Below, in pieces: positions 41,888 through 55,510 of a stretch of 64,000 nucleotides of DNA. Made by a program: the position numbers and the translations under genes. Within the stretch, counting starts at the first letter, position 1. Each line of letters begins with the position of its first letter. Origin of the DNA: Octopus vulgaris (taxonomy: Eukaryota); assembly GCA_951406725.2 (NCBI GenBank), contig OX597823.1, positions 55,056,001 to 55,120,000 on the forward strand, read 5' to 3'. Below the pieces are notes generated by a model. It worked only from the letters and a program-made list of their open reading frames with translations. It searched no databases and was not told the origin of the DNA.

Positions 41888-42211
41888 GTGGTGGCGCAAT
41901 GACCCACTGGTTAGGGCAGCGAACTCGCGGTCGAAGGATCGTGGTTTCGATTCCCAGACCGGGTGTTGTAAGCGAAAACACCCAAAACTCCACGCGGCTC
42001 CGGCAGGGGGTGGTAGCGAACCCTGCTGTACTTTTTCACTACAACTTTCTCTCACCTTTTCTTCCTGTTTCTGTTGTACCTGTATTTCAATGGTCCAGCC
42101 TTGTCACACTGTGTGTTACGCTGAATCCTCACGTGCACGTTAATTTCACGAGCAGGCTGTTCCGTTGATCGGATCAACTGGAACCCATGTCGTCGTAACA
42201 CACGGAGTGCC

Positions 42212-42212
<1 letters not shown>
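41888..42212 (+). mobile_element. tRNA SINE (head A, tail 3)
   Basis: Head as at 29155; distinct 3' end ...ttccgttgatcggatcaactggaacc...ggagtgcca. Confidence 0.8.
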
Positions 42213-42255
<43 letters not shown>

Positions 42256-42307
42256 CATATATATATGTATGGATATATATGCGTGAATATATAAATATAT
42301 ATCTACG

Positions 42308-42351
<44 letters not shown>

Positions 42352-42368
42352 ATACATATATACATACA

Positions 42369-42421
<53 letters not shown>

Positions 42422-42850
42422 ATATATTATGTATATAAAAACCAAAGACGCGCATAATCCCACTACACACACACACACACACACACATGCACACACATGC
42501 ACTCATAGATACATATACCTCAAAACAAGTACACTGTCTCACACAGGCAAAAATCATCACACGCATGTGCAGACACGCTCACCACTCAAACACATGCATA
42601 CACACATAGAAGCATACTACCCACACTTAGATAAGGTCTCACGCGTGCGCATTTCAAAGGGGATCTGAAGCCGGTCTTTCCTCTCTGATAGAAACTTCAA
42701 ACAAACGATTTTAACGATTCCTATTTCTCTGGAGAATATATGAAAGCATACAATATATACACATATTTATCATACGTACAGACGTATACACTTATAGTAA
42801 TATATATACATACAAGTACACATTTGTAGATACATACACACAAACATATG

Positions 42851-42908
<58 letters not shown>

Positions 42909-43080
42909 TTACATAAACGTATACTTATGTACTCACGCATGTATGCATGTATGTACAGGCTCTAGACTTTATACACTTTTATTTAGTAGAATAAATATAC
43001 ATGTACTTAGTCTCATGTGTGTGCAAGTTTCTGTCTGCTGCGATGTAACTGTGTGTGTGAGTGCATATATATATATATGC

Positions 43081-43118
<38 letters not shown>

Positions 43119-43486
43119 TACATACATACATAGACACACAACCACATACACACACACACACACTAAACACGTTTAACATCATTGTTGATTTGGAAATTTC
43201 TGGTGGTGCTTGATACTTTTCACTGACCCGGATCTTATCAATAACCCGGATCTTATCCAGCATCGAATCGATTAGCCCAAATATTGGTTTAAGTAATGGT
43301 ACTGCAAGTACATTGTTGTGCCAACCAGTTATTGCCTACCAGAGACTTCTGAGCACCATATTCTTTGCATTTGATCGTAATTTTGCTTAACTGAGCCTCC
43401 TGATTTACGAGTACCGTCATGGGATATATTTTCTCCATCACTAACTATTAGGGTTCTATAGAATTTTTTTAGCATATATACATGCA

Positions 43487-43546
<60 letters not shown>

Positions 43547-43641
43547 GATTAATCTGTCTGTTTGTCGGTCTATCTATCTATATATTTATGAATATATTTC
43601 TCTGTTTATCTATCTGTCTGTCTATTCATCTGTCAGCCTAC

Positions 43642-43766
<125 letters not shown>

Positions 43767-44132
43767 TATATATGAATCCATGTTATCTATTTAACTGAAT
43801 TATTCCTATTAAGAAGGAGTAGATATCTAATAAACAAACAGCTTCGTTTTCGTATTATAGATCAAAATGGTTAAACGTTAAATGTTGAACTTTATGTAGG
43901 TCTTGCATATTGTTACTGTTCCGCTTACGGAATGCATATGTTTACTGCATCTAAACTGGTCCCATTTTTTAAAACCCTAAAACAATCAGTAATTCGAGAT
44001 TTCCACACTCTAATAATGCTAAGTGTTACGATAATTATAAGTATGAATACGAATTCGTAATCTGGTTAAAGTATCAATCGATACCGAATCAGTTGTCTGT
44101 ATATATTCTGTTGCTTGTTCGTGCTAAAAGAA

Positions 44133-44671
44133 TGCTCATACTCGTATCTGCAAGGTAGCTGACCCTGACAGAGAGCATAATTTTTCTTTTCTTTTTTCTC
44201 TTTCTCTCTCTCTCCCCCCTCTCTCTCTCAAACAATTATGTCAAGAACAATTCCTGGTTCTTGTGGCAAAAATAAGAAGCAATGAAGTTTTCTCGTCGGC
44301 CTTTTCAAGCCTGGCCCCGGTTTCCCTGTTTCTGTGGCGTATGTGTTCTCCCCAGCTGGATGGGACGCCAGTCCATCACAGCGTTATTCAAGAAACAGGA
44401 AGAGAGGGCGAGAGAAAGTTGTGGCGAAAGAGTACAACAGGGGTCGCCACCCCCACCCCCCTTCCGGAGCCTCGTAGAGCTGTTGGGTGCTTTTGCTCAA
44501 TAAACACACACAACGCCCGGTCTGAGAATCGAAACCGCGATCCTCTGACTGCGAGTCCGCTGCCAGGGAAACCGGGGCCATGAGCCTGGCTAGGTTTGAA
44601 AAGGCCGACGAGAAAACTTCATTGCTTCTTATTTTTGCCACAAGAACCAGGAACTATTCTTGACATAAATC

Positions 44672-44727
<56 letters not shown>

Positions 44728-44798
44728 AAAATTATGCTCAGTGTGGAGGTCAGCTACCTTGCAGATACGAGTATGAGCACTGGGCCATTGCGCCTCCA
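44133..44798. repeat. About 200-bp inverted duplication enclosing and splitting a minus-strand tRNA SINE
   Basis: 44133-44328 is the reverse complement of 44564-44779; SINE body at about 44300-44563; displaced SINE 5' end cactgggccattgcgcctcca at 44778-44798. Confidence 0.9.
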
Positions 44799-44922
44799 AT
44801 GAAGTTTTACATTCTCAAAAATTGACATGTCCAAAATGTTTAACATATCTGTATTCACGTATATAAATATAAACAAAGTAACATTCGTTTTTTATTTTTT
44901 TTTATATGCGCCGAAATGTGTA

Positions 44923-45140
44923 TATAGATAAAAATAAGATAAGTTATTTTCGAACGCTGAGGCGCCGTTAGAACAGCAGAAACATTGGGTAAATTACTCT
45001 TGCCAAGCGATATGGGTTCGAGTTTCATGGCTGGTTGTTGACAAATTTTTCCGCATTGTAAGGGTAATTTACCCGATATTTCTGCTGCTTTAACGGCGTC
45101 TCTGTATTCGAAAATAAATTATCATCTTATTTGTATCTAT
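44923..45140. mobile_element. Foldback element / MITE with about 80-bp imperfect arms
   Basis: atagataaaaataagat...cgccgttagaacagcagaaacattgggtaaattac versus gtaatttacccgatatttctgctgctttaacggcg...atcttatttgtatctat. Confidence 0.8.
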
Positions 45141-45819
45141 GTCTGTATTATTTACTGTCCTAATTATTCAACGTATTTGTACGTTTATCTTTTCTACCTA
45201 CGGAGAAATAGGTAGATTTGCCGTGACTGCATATCTTCTACGTAGGTTTACATATATTGTAACATACATTGGTACTCTGAACTGTCATAATAAAATCGGA
45301 ATTCTGTCTGTCCGTCTTGGACTCCCTGTATTTCAATCTACATTTGCTCAACATAGACAAAACATACTATTTTAGAATCAGGATGATCCCAGAACTTAAA
45401 GTCCTCCCTTCATTTGGTTCTTGAACATCCAACATTGGGATCTGATTTAAAAACAGGTGAAGCTTGACTGATTCACGCCATTCTGGCTGGCGTTTGTCAG
45501 ATGACGTCAGAGATCAAAGGAGAGATAGATGACATTCGCTTCTTTAATTTTACGTCGAGATAAGTATTCTGGGACAAATTGGCCAACAATTGAAATTCAA
45601 CTCGGAACTGCTACAATAGAATGATTGCATTACAGAATTTATTCTCATCCGTCTTCAAACTAACTCTAATCAAACACCACTGGGAGCATATAGTCATTAT
45701 AGACGTATTATAGCCATGTTACTTAGACCTGTTTGATTTTGGGCCACAGGCCCAGTTAGCCCTCCGCAGAAGATAGCTTAAAAGTTCGCGCGAAATGCGG
45801 CTTTTAAGCTAGTATTAGA

Positions 45820-46431
45820 TCTTTTCTGCTATAGTCACAAGGCTTGAATTTTGGGGGAGGGTGATATCCGATTACATCGACCCCAGTGTTTCACTGATAC
45901 TTAATTTATCGATCCCGAAAGGAGGAAAAGCAAAGTCGACCACGGCGGAATTTGAACTCAGAATGTAGCGACGGGCTAAATACTGCTAAGCATTTCGTCA
46001 AGCATGCTAACGATTCTTTTCTGCTCTAGGCAGAAGGCCCGAAATTTTATTTAGCGGGAGGGGGCCAGTCGATTAGATCGACTCCAGCACGCAACTGGTA
46101 CTCAATTTATCGACTCCGAAAGGATGAAAGGTAAAGTCGACCTCGGCGGAATTTGAACTCAGAACACAAAGACAGATGAAATACCTATTTCTTTACTACC
46201 CACAAGGGGCTAAACATAGAGGGGACAAACAAGGACAGACAAACAAGGACAGACAAACGGATTAAGTCGACTATATCGACCCCAGTGCGTAACTGATACT
46301 TATTTAATCGACCCCGAAAGGATAAAAAGCGAAGTCGACCTCAGCGGAATTTGAACTCAGAACGTAGCGGCAGACGAAATACGGCTACGCATTTTGCCCG
46401 GCATGCTAACGCTTCTGCCAGCTCGCCGCCT
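45820..46431 (-). mobile_element. Head-to-tail cluster of three Nin-domain-like SINE copies
   Basis: cgaaagga..aaaag..aagtcgacc.cggcggaatttgaactcagaa at about 45916, 46117 and 46315. Confidence 0.85.
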
Positions 46432-46795
46432 AAGCTATTATTAAATAGAATGTTAAACACAGTATGTAAATTAATGGCCCCAATTCTCCGGAGCCACTTC
46501 ATTTGTTGAGTACATACTCAGATTGGCTTCTGGCTTCTTTCGGGTTGGTCCTTATTATTTATGTTGTCAAAAATTTTATCTTTCCTAATTATTTTTCTAT
46601 ATATAGGAGCAGGCATGTCTACGTGGTCAAGAAGCCCGCTTTGCAACTACGGAGCTTGGCGTTCAGTCCCATTGCGCGCCACCCCGAGCGGGTGCCTTCT
46701 ACTACAATCTTGGTCTACCAATGCCTTTCAAGTGAATTTGGTGACGAAAACTATGTAGAAACAAGTCGCATATGTGTGTGCGTGCGCGCGCGATC

Positions 46796-47105
46796 GTGGA
46801 GGCGCAATGGCCCACTGGTTAGGGCAGCAGATTCGCGGTCGTAGGATGGTGGTTTCGATTCCCAGACCGGGCGTTGTGAGTGTTTATTGAGCGAAAACAT
46901 CTAAAGCTCCACGAGTCTCCGGCAGGGGGTGGTGGCGATCCCTGCTGTACTCTTTCGCCATGACTTTCTCTCATTCTTCCTTCTGTTGGCCTACTCGCTT
47001 AGCCAGCGAGGTGGCGTCATTTGAAGGCTAAAACAATGCGAAGCGCATTGTGACCAGCGATGTTTAGCAACATCTGATAGCCTGGTCGGTCACGGTGATC
47101 ACGGG
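46796..47105 (+). mobile_element. tRNA SINE (head A, tail 2)
   Basis: Head gtggaggcgcaatggcccactggttaggg; tail gcttagccagcg.ggtggcgtcatt.gaaggctaaaacaatgcgaagcgcattgtgac. Confidence 0.85.
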
Positions 47106-47119
47106 GATATATATATATA

Positions 47120-47154
<35 letters not shown>

Positions 47155-47319
47155 TATATACGCACACAAAGACATATACATCTATCTTTATACATACATC
47201 TACTAAATAGCTTATCTATAATCACACCATACACATTTGGTCTCACAGATACATTTTCCTCAAAAGAGTCACATTGTCAAACACATACAAAAATCATCAC
47301 ACGAATGTGTCTATGTTTG

Positions 47320-47375
<56 letters not shown>

Positions 47376-47612
47376 TGTATATATCCTTTATCTTTTACTT
47401 GTTTCAGTCATTAAACTGTGGCCATGCTGGGGCATGGCTCTTGAAGAAATCTTAGTCGATTGAATCAACCTCAGTATTTATTTTTAGCTAAGCCCGGTAC
47501 TTATTCTATCGGTCTCTTTGTCGAACCGCTAATTTACGGGAACATAAATTACGGTTGTCAGGTGGTAGTGAGGAGCAAACACGGACACAAAGACACATAC
47601 ACACATATCTAC

Positions 47613-47692
<80 letters not shown>

Positions 47693-48011
47693 TTAGCCAT
47701 CTACACCCCGCCTTTTTTTCTTTCCTTCCAAAAATGAAAAGCTCTACTTTAATTTGTCCCCTGTGTTCAGCTCTGTGTGGCCAATAAAGAAACATGTGTA
47801 TGCATGTATGTATGTATGTATGCATGTATGTATGTATGCATGTATGTATGTATGCATGTATGTATGCATGTATGTATGTATGCATGTATGTATGTATGTA
47901 TGTATTTATGCATGCATGTATGTATGTATGTATGTATGTATGTATGCATGTATGTATGCATGTATGTATGTATGCATGCATGTATGTATGCATGCATGCA
48001 TGTATGTATGC

Positions 48012-48058
<47 letters not shown>

Positions 48059-48103
48059 ATTCTTTCTTTCTTTCTAGCTATCTATCTATACAAAGAGAGA
48101 GAG

Positions 48104-48140
<37 letters not shown>

Positions 48141-49319
48141 AGGAAAGAGAAAAAGAAAGAGAGAGAGAGAGGGCGTACGTTTACACCTTTTCACTATTTC
48201 CTCTTTATTCGTCTTTTGGAGGAGGATTCCTGTTTCTCTTTTACACATGATGTTGTCGTCTCCGACTACTGACGTTCTGCATTGCTGCATAGTGACGATG
48301 ATAGCACCAGGTGTATTGTGTTCCTACATAGGGACAACATCTCTTAGCTGACACAGTGATGACGATGGCGATGGTGATGTTAGTAATGATGGAGGTGGTG
48401 GTTGGTGGTCGTGGTAAGGGTAGCTTTAGTGTACTGCTGCTGATAGTTGTACTACTGATGATAATGATGGTGATGCTGGAAGCAGCGGCGGCGGCGGCGG
48501 TGCTGGTGGTGGTGGTGTTGGTGGTGGTGGAGATGTTTTAATGCGATATTATGATCTATTGTGTTGTGTACCAATCGTTGAGAGTACGTGTGTTTCATGG
48601 GAGTAAGACATTGCGTGATAATTTCGATTGGGTTGCCAGCGATAATTTCGATTGCGTTACCAATGGCAACGAAACACAATGTCATGTTTTCGTATTGATT
48701 ATAGCTGTTAGATTTGGCTGTTTAAAAATGGGGGGTTGGGGTGAGAAGGGGGGTTTGTGATTGTCAAATAGTACGGCCTGATTCCCAATAAAGAGTTTTG
48801 TGTTATTGTTGTGCGTATGTGTGTATACAAGATACACATATTCATACACACACGCGCGCGCGCATACATACATACATACACACACAGACACGCATACACA
48901 CACACACACGTATGCACGCACGCATGCAAGCATACACATGCACTACCACATACATGTAGTACATTTATTTAGGGACATGTGTAATATAATACATAATTGT
49001 ATACGCGCACAAACATATATATATATATATATATATATAAATATATATATATTTTTAATGTTTTTACCCCCATACCTTCGTGGGTTATTTTGAGTAAACA
49101 CTATCTGAGAGAAATTTTCTTTAAGTATTAGAAATGGTTAAAAAAATTTTTTTTTGGCTACTATTTCTAATGAGTTCAGTATGTGGCAAAGTAATTAATT
49201 TTACTAAGCCCTTTATAAAATGTAATATTTTGAATTCGCCTTAAATGGTCCCTTTACATACTGAATACTTGGTGAAATTGATTAATAATTAATTAATTTT
49301 ACCCTCAATTGTTGAAATT

Positions 49320-49411
<92 letters not shown>

Positions 49412-49432
49412 AATATATATATATACGCCTAT

Positions 49433-49835
49433 AGGCGCAGGAGTGGCTGTGTGGTAAGTAGCTTGCTAACCAACCACATGGTTCCGGGTTCAGTCCCACT
49501 GCATGGCATCTTGGGCAAGTGTCTTCTGCTATAGCCTCGGGCCGACCAATGCCTTGTGAGTGGATTTGGTAGGCGGAAACTGAAAGAAGCCTGTCGTATA
49601 TATGTATATATATATGTGTGTGTATGTGTGTGTGTTTGTGTGTCTGTGTTTGTTTGTCATTGCTTGACAACCGATGCTGGTGTGTTTACGTCCCCGTCAC
49701 TTAGCGGTTCGGCAAAAGAGACCGATAGAATAAGTACTGGGCTTACAAAGAATAAGTCTCGGGGTCGAGTTGCTCGACTAAAGGCGGTGCTCCAGCATGG
49801 CCGCAGTCAACTGACTGAAACAAGTAAAAGAGTAA
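49433..49835 (+). mobile_element. Full-length CORE-like tRNA SINE with an internal microsatellite
   Basis: ggcgcaggagtggctgtgtggtaag (A box), gggttcagtccc (B-like), cttgggcaagtgtctt core, 3' ctgaaacaagtaaaagagtaa; many related fragments (23355, 40700, 47390, 57540). Confidence 0.85.
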
Positions 49836-50592
49836 GGAGTAAATATATTCGTACGCACGTTTGTTTGTGTGTATATACATAGAGAGAAAGAGAGACAGAG
49901 GATTATACATAAAGGTATAATACATCAAAAGCATACATACGCAGTCATCAGGTATCAAATCAATTTCTAGTAAAACCAGTCCATCCAACAGTTAGAAGTA
50001 ATAAACCCGTAGCCTTTGCTGAGGACATCTCTCGAAGAGAACGAAAATCCGAAATAACAACCCCACGTCTTTGTGAAGCTAGAGATCTTTCAAGATAGAG
50101 AACTTTCTTTGGCTTGTTTCTGGACTATTTGGCTCTGTGGGTGAGAGGCTTAGCAGGGTTGTACAAGTTGTTAAGGACTATATTTTAGCACGAGCATTGC
50201 TGGGCAGCTATTGTCATTAAAACCCAGGATAAGATAATTTGTCAGTGATGGTCATATTTTTCTATGAGGTGACTGCCACCACATATATATTTGTGAGTTT
50301 GTGTGTGTGTGTTTGTGTGTGTGTGTGTATGTGTGTGTGTGTGTATTCTACAGGGGCATAATACATAACATTATTCAGTGAAACTACTTGGAAAAGGAAA
50401 AAAAACTTCTTCAAAATTAATGTAGTATAGTCTTGCGAAAAACTGCCTTAAAGAGTTTAGTGGAACAACCCGAGCACAGAACATTTTTTTGTAGTCTGGT
50501 ACATATTCTATCGGAATCATTTTGCCGAACTTCTAAGTGATGGTGACGTGACAAACCAACAGTGCTTATCAAGCAGTGGTGGTGGACAAAGA

Positions 50593-50623
<31 letters not shown>

Positions 50624-50641
50624 GCACGTACATACATACAT

Positions 50642-50777
<136 letters not shown>

Positions 50778-50992
50778 CAATAATACAGTGATGGAACAAA
50801 AAAGATTAATAGGACTGCTATAGAAGTGCTCTATTGAAAGAGACAAAAATGACCATAGGGGTAAGTAAATTTGGTTTCCTTTTTAACTATAAGGCTTCTC
50901 TTACTTGAATAATAATTTTCTTTATGATTTGGTTTGTCTATCATTGTTTGAATTACATAATAGTGGTTTTTCTCTAATTTATATATATATAT

Positions 50993-51034
<42 letters not shown>

Positions 51035-51134
51035 AAGCACTATGGCCCAGTGGTTAGTGCAGCGAACTCGCGGTTTCGATTGCCAGACCGGGCGTTGTGT
51101 GTTTATTGGGCGAAAACACCTAAAGCTCCACGAA

Positions 51135-51810
51135 GAAATCCAAAGTTGTTTTTGCTTTATGAATAAGAGCATTGTCCTGTTGAAATATGAAGTTTTCGTC
51201 ACGGAGTCTTCTTCCATCTTCATCAATGAGAGCTCCGCCCAACATATCAATGTATCGTGCAGCATTGAAACGGCTATCATGATGACAAGTGGCAGCTTCC
51301 CATTGGCAGACATTGCTCACCACACCATAAGACCCTCTCCGCTGTCCTGCCTCTTGGAATAAGTAGAATTTTGTATAGATTTATCTGCCTAGTAACCGAT
51401 GAGGCCATCCAAATTTATAACCGATGAGGCCATCCAAATTTCATTTTTTCTCATCAGAGAATAGAACCCGTGTCCATGAAACATCCCACGTCTGATGCTG
51501 TCGAGTAAACTCCAGGGTCAATAAAGGATGTCATAGCCGCTTCTTCAGGTGGAAATCACTCTTGTTACGGTGGATGTCGAGGCTCCTACTCTTGCTGATG
51601 CCTTGATACTCGAAATAGCGTGACTTCTTCACACCTCTGACAATGGACCTTTCATCCCTTTCTGATGAAGTCTTAGGGCGTCCACCAGCATGAACTCAGT
51701 TGTAGCCGTCAGGATCTTTCAGAAAATTGTCTTCTGGCGTTTTGCTTCCGTGAGTTTTTCCGGTAATCTTCCAGTAACTCATTCTTTCCACTTTCAGTGC
51801 AAGAATTTCC
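51135..51810 (-). pseudogene. Degraded Tc1-family transposase
   Basis: YIDMLGGALIDEDGRRLRDENFIFQQDNALIHKAKTT (second catalytic D motif FQQDNA..H) and GGRPKT near 51670-51690; frameshifted; abuts a SINE head at 51031-51134. Confidence 0.8.
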
Positions 51811-52016
51811 CCTTCCTCAATTTCGGGAAACTTTGAAGCTTTAGGCATACTGGAAATGTAATCTGGATCACGGAGAATAGGATTGTGTCGAATATTTTTC
51901 GAAACAATCTGGAAAGAAATGAACGTGTATTAGTGGCTTTATAGTTTTGAAGTGTTGATGAGCTAGGGAAAATGGGAAAATCAGGTATTGCAATGTAACA
52001 ATAAAGGTACAAGGTT

Positions 52017-52236
52017 AAGGCGGCGAGCTGGCAGAAACGTTAGCACGCAGGGCGAAATACTTAGCAGTATTTCGTCTGTCTTTACGTTCTGAGTTCAAAT
52101 TCCGCCGAGGTCGACTTTGCCTTTCATCCTTTCAGGGTTCGATAAAGTAAGTACCAGTTGCGTACTAGGGTCGATCTAATTGACTGGCTCCCTCCCACCA
52201 AAAATTTCGGGCCTTGTGTCTAGAGTAGAAAAGAAT
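52017..52236 (+). mobile_element. Nin-domain-like SINE, full length
   Basis: aaggcggcgagctggcagaaacg...gcctttcatcctttcagggttcgataaa...gggccttgtgtctagagtagaaaagaat. Confidence 0.85.
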
Positions 52237-52361
52237 AAACGAACAAGGTTTACATTTCAAAGTATTAACGAAATATCCATTTACAATATATTATTAGTCC
52301 ACTTAAATACAGAGCTAAATTTCTAAATAACTTTAAAAAACAACAACCAGTTTTATAGTTT

Positions 52362-52412
<51 letters not shown>

Positions 52413-52514
52413 CGTGTGTGTGTGTGTACATGATCACATATGTATAATCACATATAAATATATATGTATGTATGAACATTTGTACACACACGCATACACA
52501 CAAAGACACACGCG

Positions 52515-52569
<55 letters not shown>

Positions 52570-52959
52570 ATACTCACTCATGCTTCTGTGTCAACACGTA
52601 TATCGCGTTGCAAAAGTGTATATGTGGTGCGGTGGCAGATGAGGAACGGGGTTTATTTCCGTCGGATATTTTTTCGTTGTTGATTAAAATATATTTAGTC
52701 AGAGGTCTCGAGGGGTTTTGTTAAGCAAACATGATGTAAAATTGTAAATTTTCAGACTTACTGAATAATATCTGCTTGTTTATTCATTATTTATCTTTTA
52801 ACGTTGTATTCAGCGGAGAAAAGTATGGGTATGGTTACCTATAACTCTTTCCTGCATAGTCAAAAATTGATGGGAGAACAAAATTTATCTTGAAACCGCA
52901 GACATTACTCGTATGCTTGTAACATTGTAGACTCCTCTAAAGATACACAATGACCAGAT

Positions 52960-53605
52960 CGTGATAGTGGGGAAGGGATAAGTCTATTACATTCGTGGGG
53001 AATGGATAAGTCTATTAGATTGACCTCAGTGCTCAATTGGTACTTACTTTATCGACCTCGGAAGGATGGAAGGCAAAGTAAACCTAAGAGGAATTTGAAC
53101 GCAGAACGTAAAGACGGGCGAAATGCCGCTAAGCTAACGGTTCTGCCCAGTCGCTGCCCTAAGACCATGGTTATATTGGTTTCAAACTATAACACAAGAC
53201 TAACAATTTCGGGGGTATATTAAGTCGATTACATCGACCCCAGTATTCAACTGGTACTTATTTTTTTTATCGACCCCGACAGGATGAAAGCTAAAGTGAA
53301 CTTCAGCGGATTTTAAATCCCGATGTAAAGACAGACGAAATGCTGCCAAAATATTTTCCCGGTGCTCTTAACGATTCTGCCATTTCACCGCCCTAAGATC
53401 ATTGTAATTTTAAAGCGAACGATACAAAGCGGTGAGCTGGCACAATCGTTAGCATGCCGGCCAAAATGCTTAGCGGCATTTCGACGGTCTTTACGCTCAG
53501 AGTTCATATGACACCGGGATCGATTTACCTTTAATATTTCCGGTTTCGATGAAATAGGTACCAGCTGAGCACTAAGATCGATGTAATCGATTTACCCCCT
53601 CCGCC
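52960..53605. mobile_element. Three Nin-domain-like SINEs: two minus copies followed head-to-head by one plus copy
   Basis: Minus copies at about 52990-53160 and 53178-53395; plus copy at 53428-53605. Confidence 0.7.
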
Positions 53606-53911
53606 TTGATGCGTTTAGTCGACGAAATCGACCCCACTGCTTTTTTTTTTTTGTCTTGAAATCTGGTATTTAGTCTATCGAGTTATGAGGAAGTAAACAA
53701 ACAACAACGCTTTGTCAAGCGGTGTGGGAAAGAAACCCAAACACAAAGACACACACACATATACATACACACGCACACACACACACATATATACATATAT
53801 ATATATATGTATATCGAAGCGATTTCAGCTAGAACACAAATATTTTCTGTAGCCTCGCAAACCTTCATTCCTATAAAGCTCGGGTTTTATACTTGGATAT
53901 GTGAGAAATTG

Positions 53912-54195
53912 TGAAAGCGCTTGGCTTAGTGGTTAGAGTGTTTAACTCATGATTTAGCGATTGTGATTTCGATTTCCGGACCGAGCGGCGCGTTGTGTTC
54001 TTGAGCAAAACACTTCATTTCACGTTGCTCCAATCCATTCAGCTGTAAGAAGGTAACCTTGCGACGGACTAGCCTTCCGAGCGGAAGGAATGTTGGCCTG
54101 CTCGCTTAGCCAGCGGGGTGGCATCATTCGAAAGCGCATTGTGATCAGTGACGTATAACAGCATCCGATACTCTGGTCTATCACGTTATCATGTG
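53912..54195 (+). mobile_element. tRNA SINE (head B, tail 2)
   Basis: Head and body as at 15222; tail as at 46985-47105. Confidence 0.75.
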
Positions 54196-54340
54196 ATATG
54201 AGAAACTAAACTCCTTTCAAAATCATACTGTGAGCCTTTCACCAGTAAGTAAGTAGTTTCTCTCTCTGTTTCTTTTCTTTACTTTTAGAAGAAGAAAATA
54301 AAATGTATTTAACTTACTCAATTTCAAGTCTCGAGTTATA

Positions 54341-54388
54341 TCGTCTGACGAGTCCAAAAGGGGGACGAAATAGTGTAGTTCACCACGA
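54341..54388 (+). ncRNA. Hammerhead core with a canonical CUGACGA / helix II / GAAA but a degenerate cleavage site
   Basis: TCGT-CTGACGA-GTCC-aaaaggg-GGAC-GAAA-tagtgtagttcacc-ACGA. Confidence 0.5.
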
Positions 54389-55420
54389 ACTACCAGTGAC
54401 TTTAAAAACTTTATCATATGGATAGCAAGAAAAAAATAAATAAAAGAATTATATAGGAATATATGTATGCCCTTCACTCTTTGATATAAATTCCTCAATA
54501 TACTTAAAGCTAAAAGTGATCCTCTCCTCTTATGTAACAGACTCCAGTACGACCATACATTCAAGTAGTATTTGCTTGAATATTATTTGAATGCTGGTAT
54601 ACCAGCCCAAGAAATGGTACTTGCTATTATCACTAACACAACAGTATGTCTTTGGAAAATACAGTCACTTTAGAATTATTTCTACTAGTGCGCTGGAGAC
54701 AGTCGTAGTATTGAATGAAGTAGAAAAATCAATAAAATGTACTTACTAAACACGTAAACTACAACAGTTATTTCCACAACAAAAGAATAAATAAGGAAAT
54801 ATGAAAAATATAATAAAGAATAACAAATAATGAAGACGGAGAGCTTCAAACAATACGAAAAGGGTAACTTAACTGCCTGTTCGGCGATCAAAGTTGGATC
54901 TACATAAACTCAGATTTCTAAGCCGTTCGCTTCTGATGATGGCCTTTGTGCTTAAATATAAAGGTTGCTTAACTTTTCCATTTCACATTGTTAGAAGCTC
55001 TCTGTTCTCATTATTTGTAATTTTACTTCTGTATCACAATGCTTCAAGCAATCCACAACGCAAGTCTGTTATAAATATTGCTTTTCTCCCCCCCCCCCCC
55101 TTTCTTCTTTCATCTCCTTCTCTCTGTTATTCTCATCTCTGAAAGACAAATAAGTACGAAACGTCAAACATTTCTTTCTCCCATTCGTCCAATGTGAAAC
55201 TAATACATCATTTTCTCGCGTGATTTCGTTGCATACGTTATATTATACTTGTGAATATGTCCTTCTCTACATTGGTGCAACCAGATCTGCTTGTATGGAT
55301 ACGGAATTATCTCCTGCAGTACTATTTTGGCGGATTACAGAGGATTAGTCTCTTAAGTTACAGTGAGGCTCTATTTTATTGCAGTATATACAAATATACA
55401 TTTATATAATATAAGAGTAT

Positions 55421-55510
<90 letters not shown>

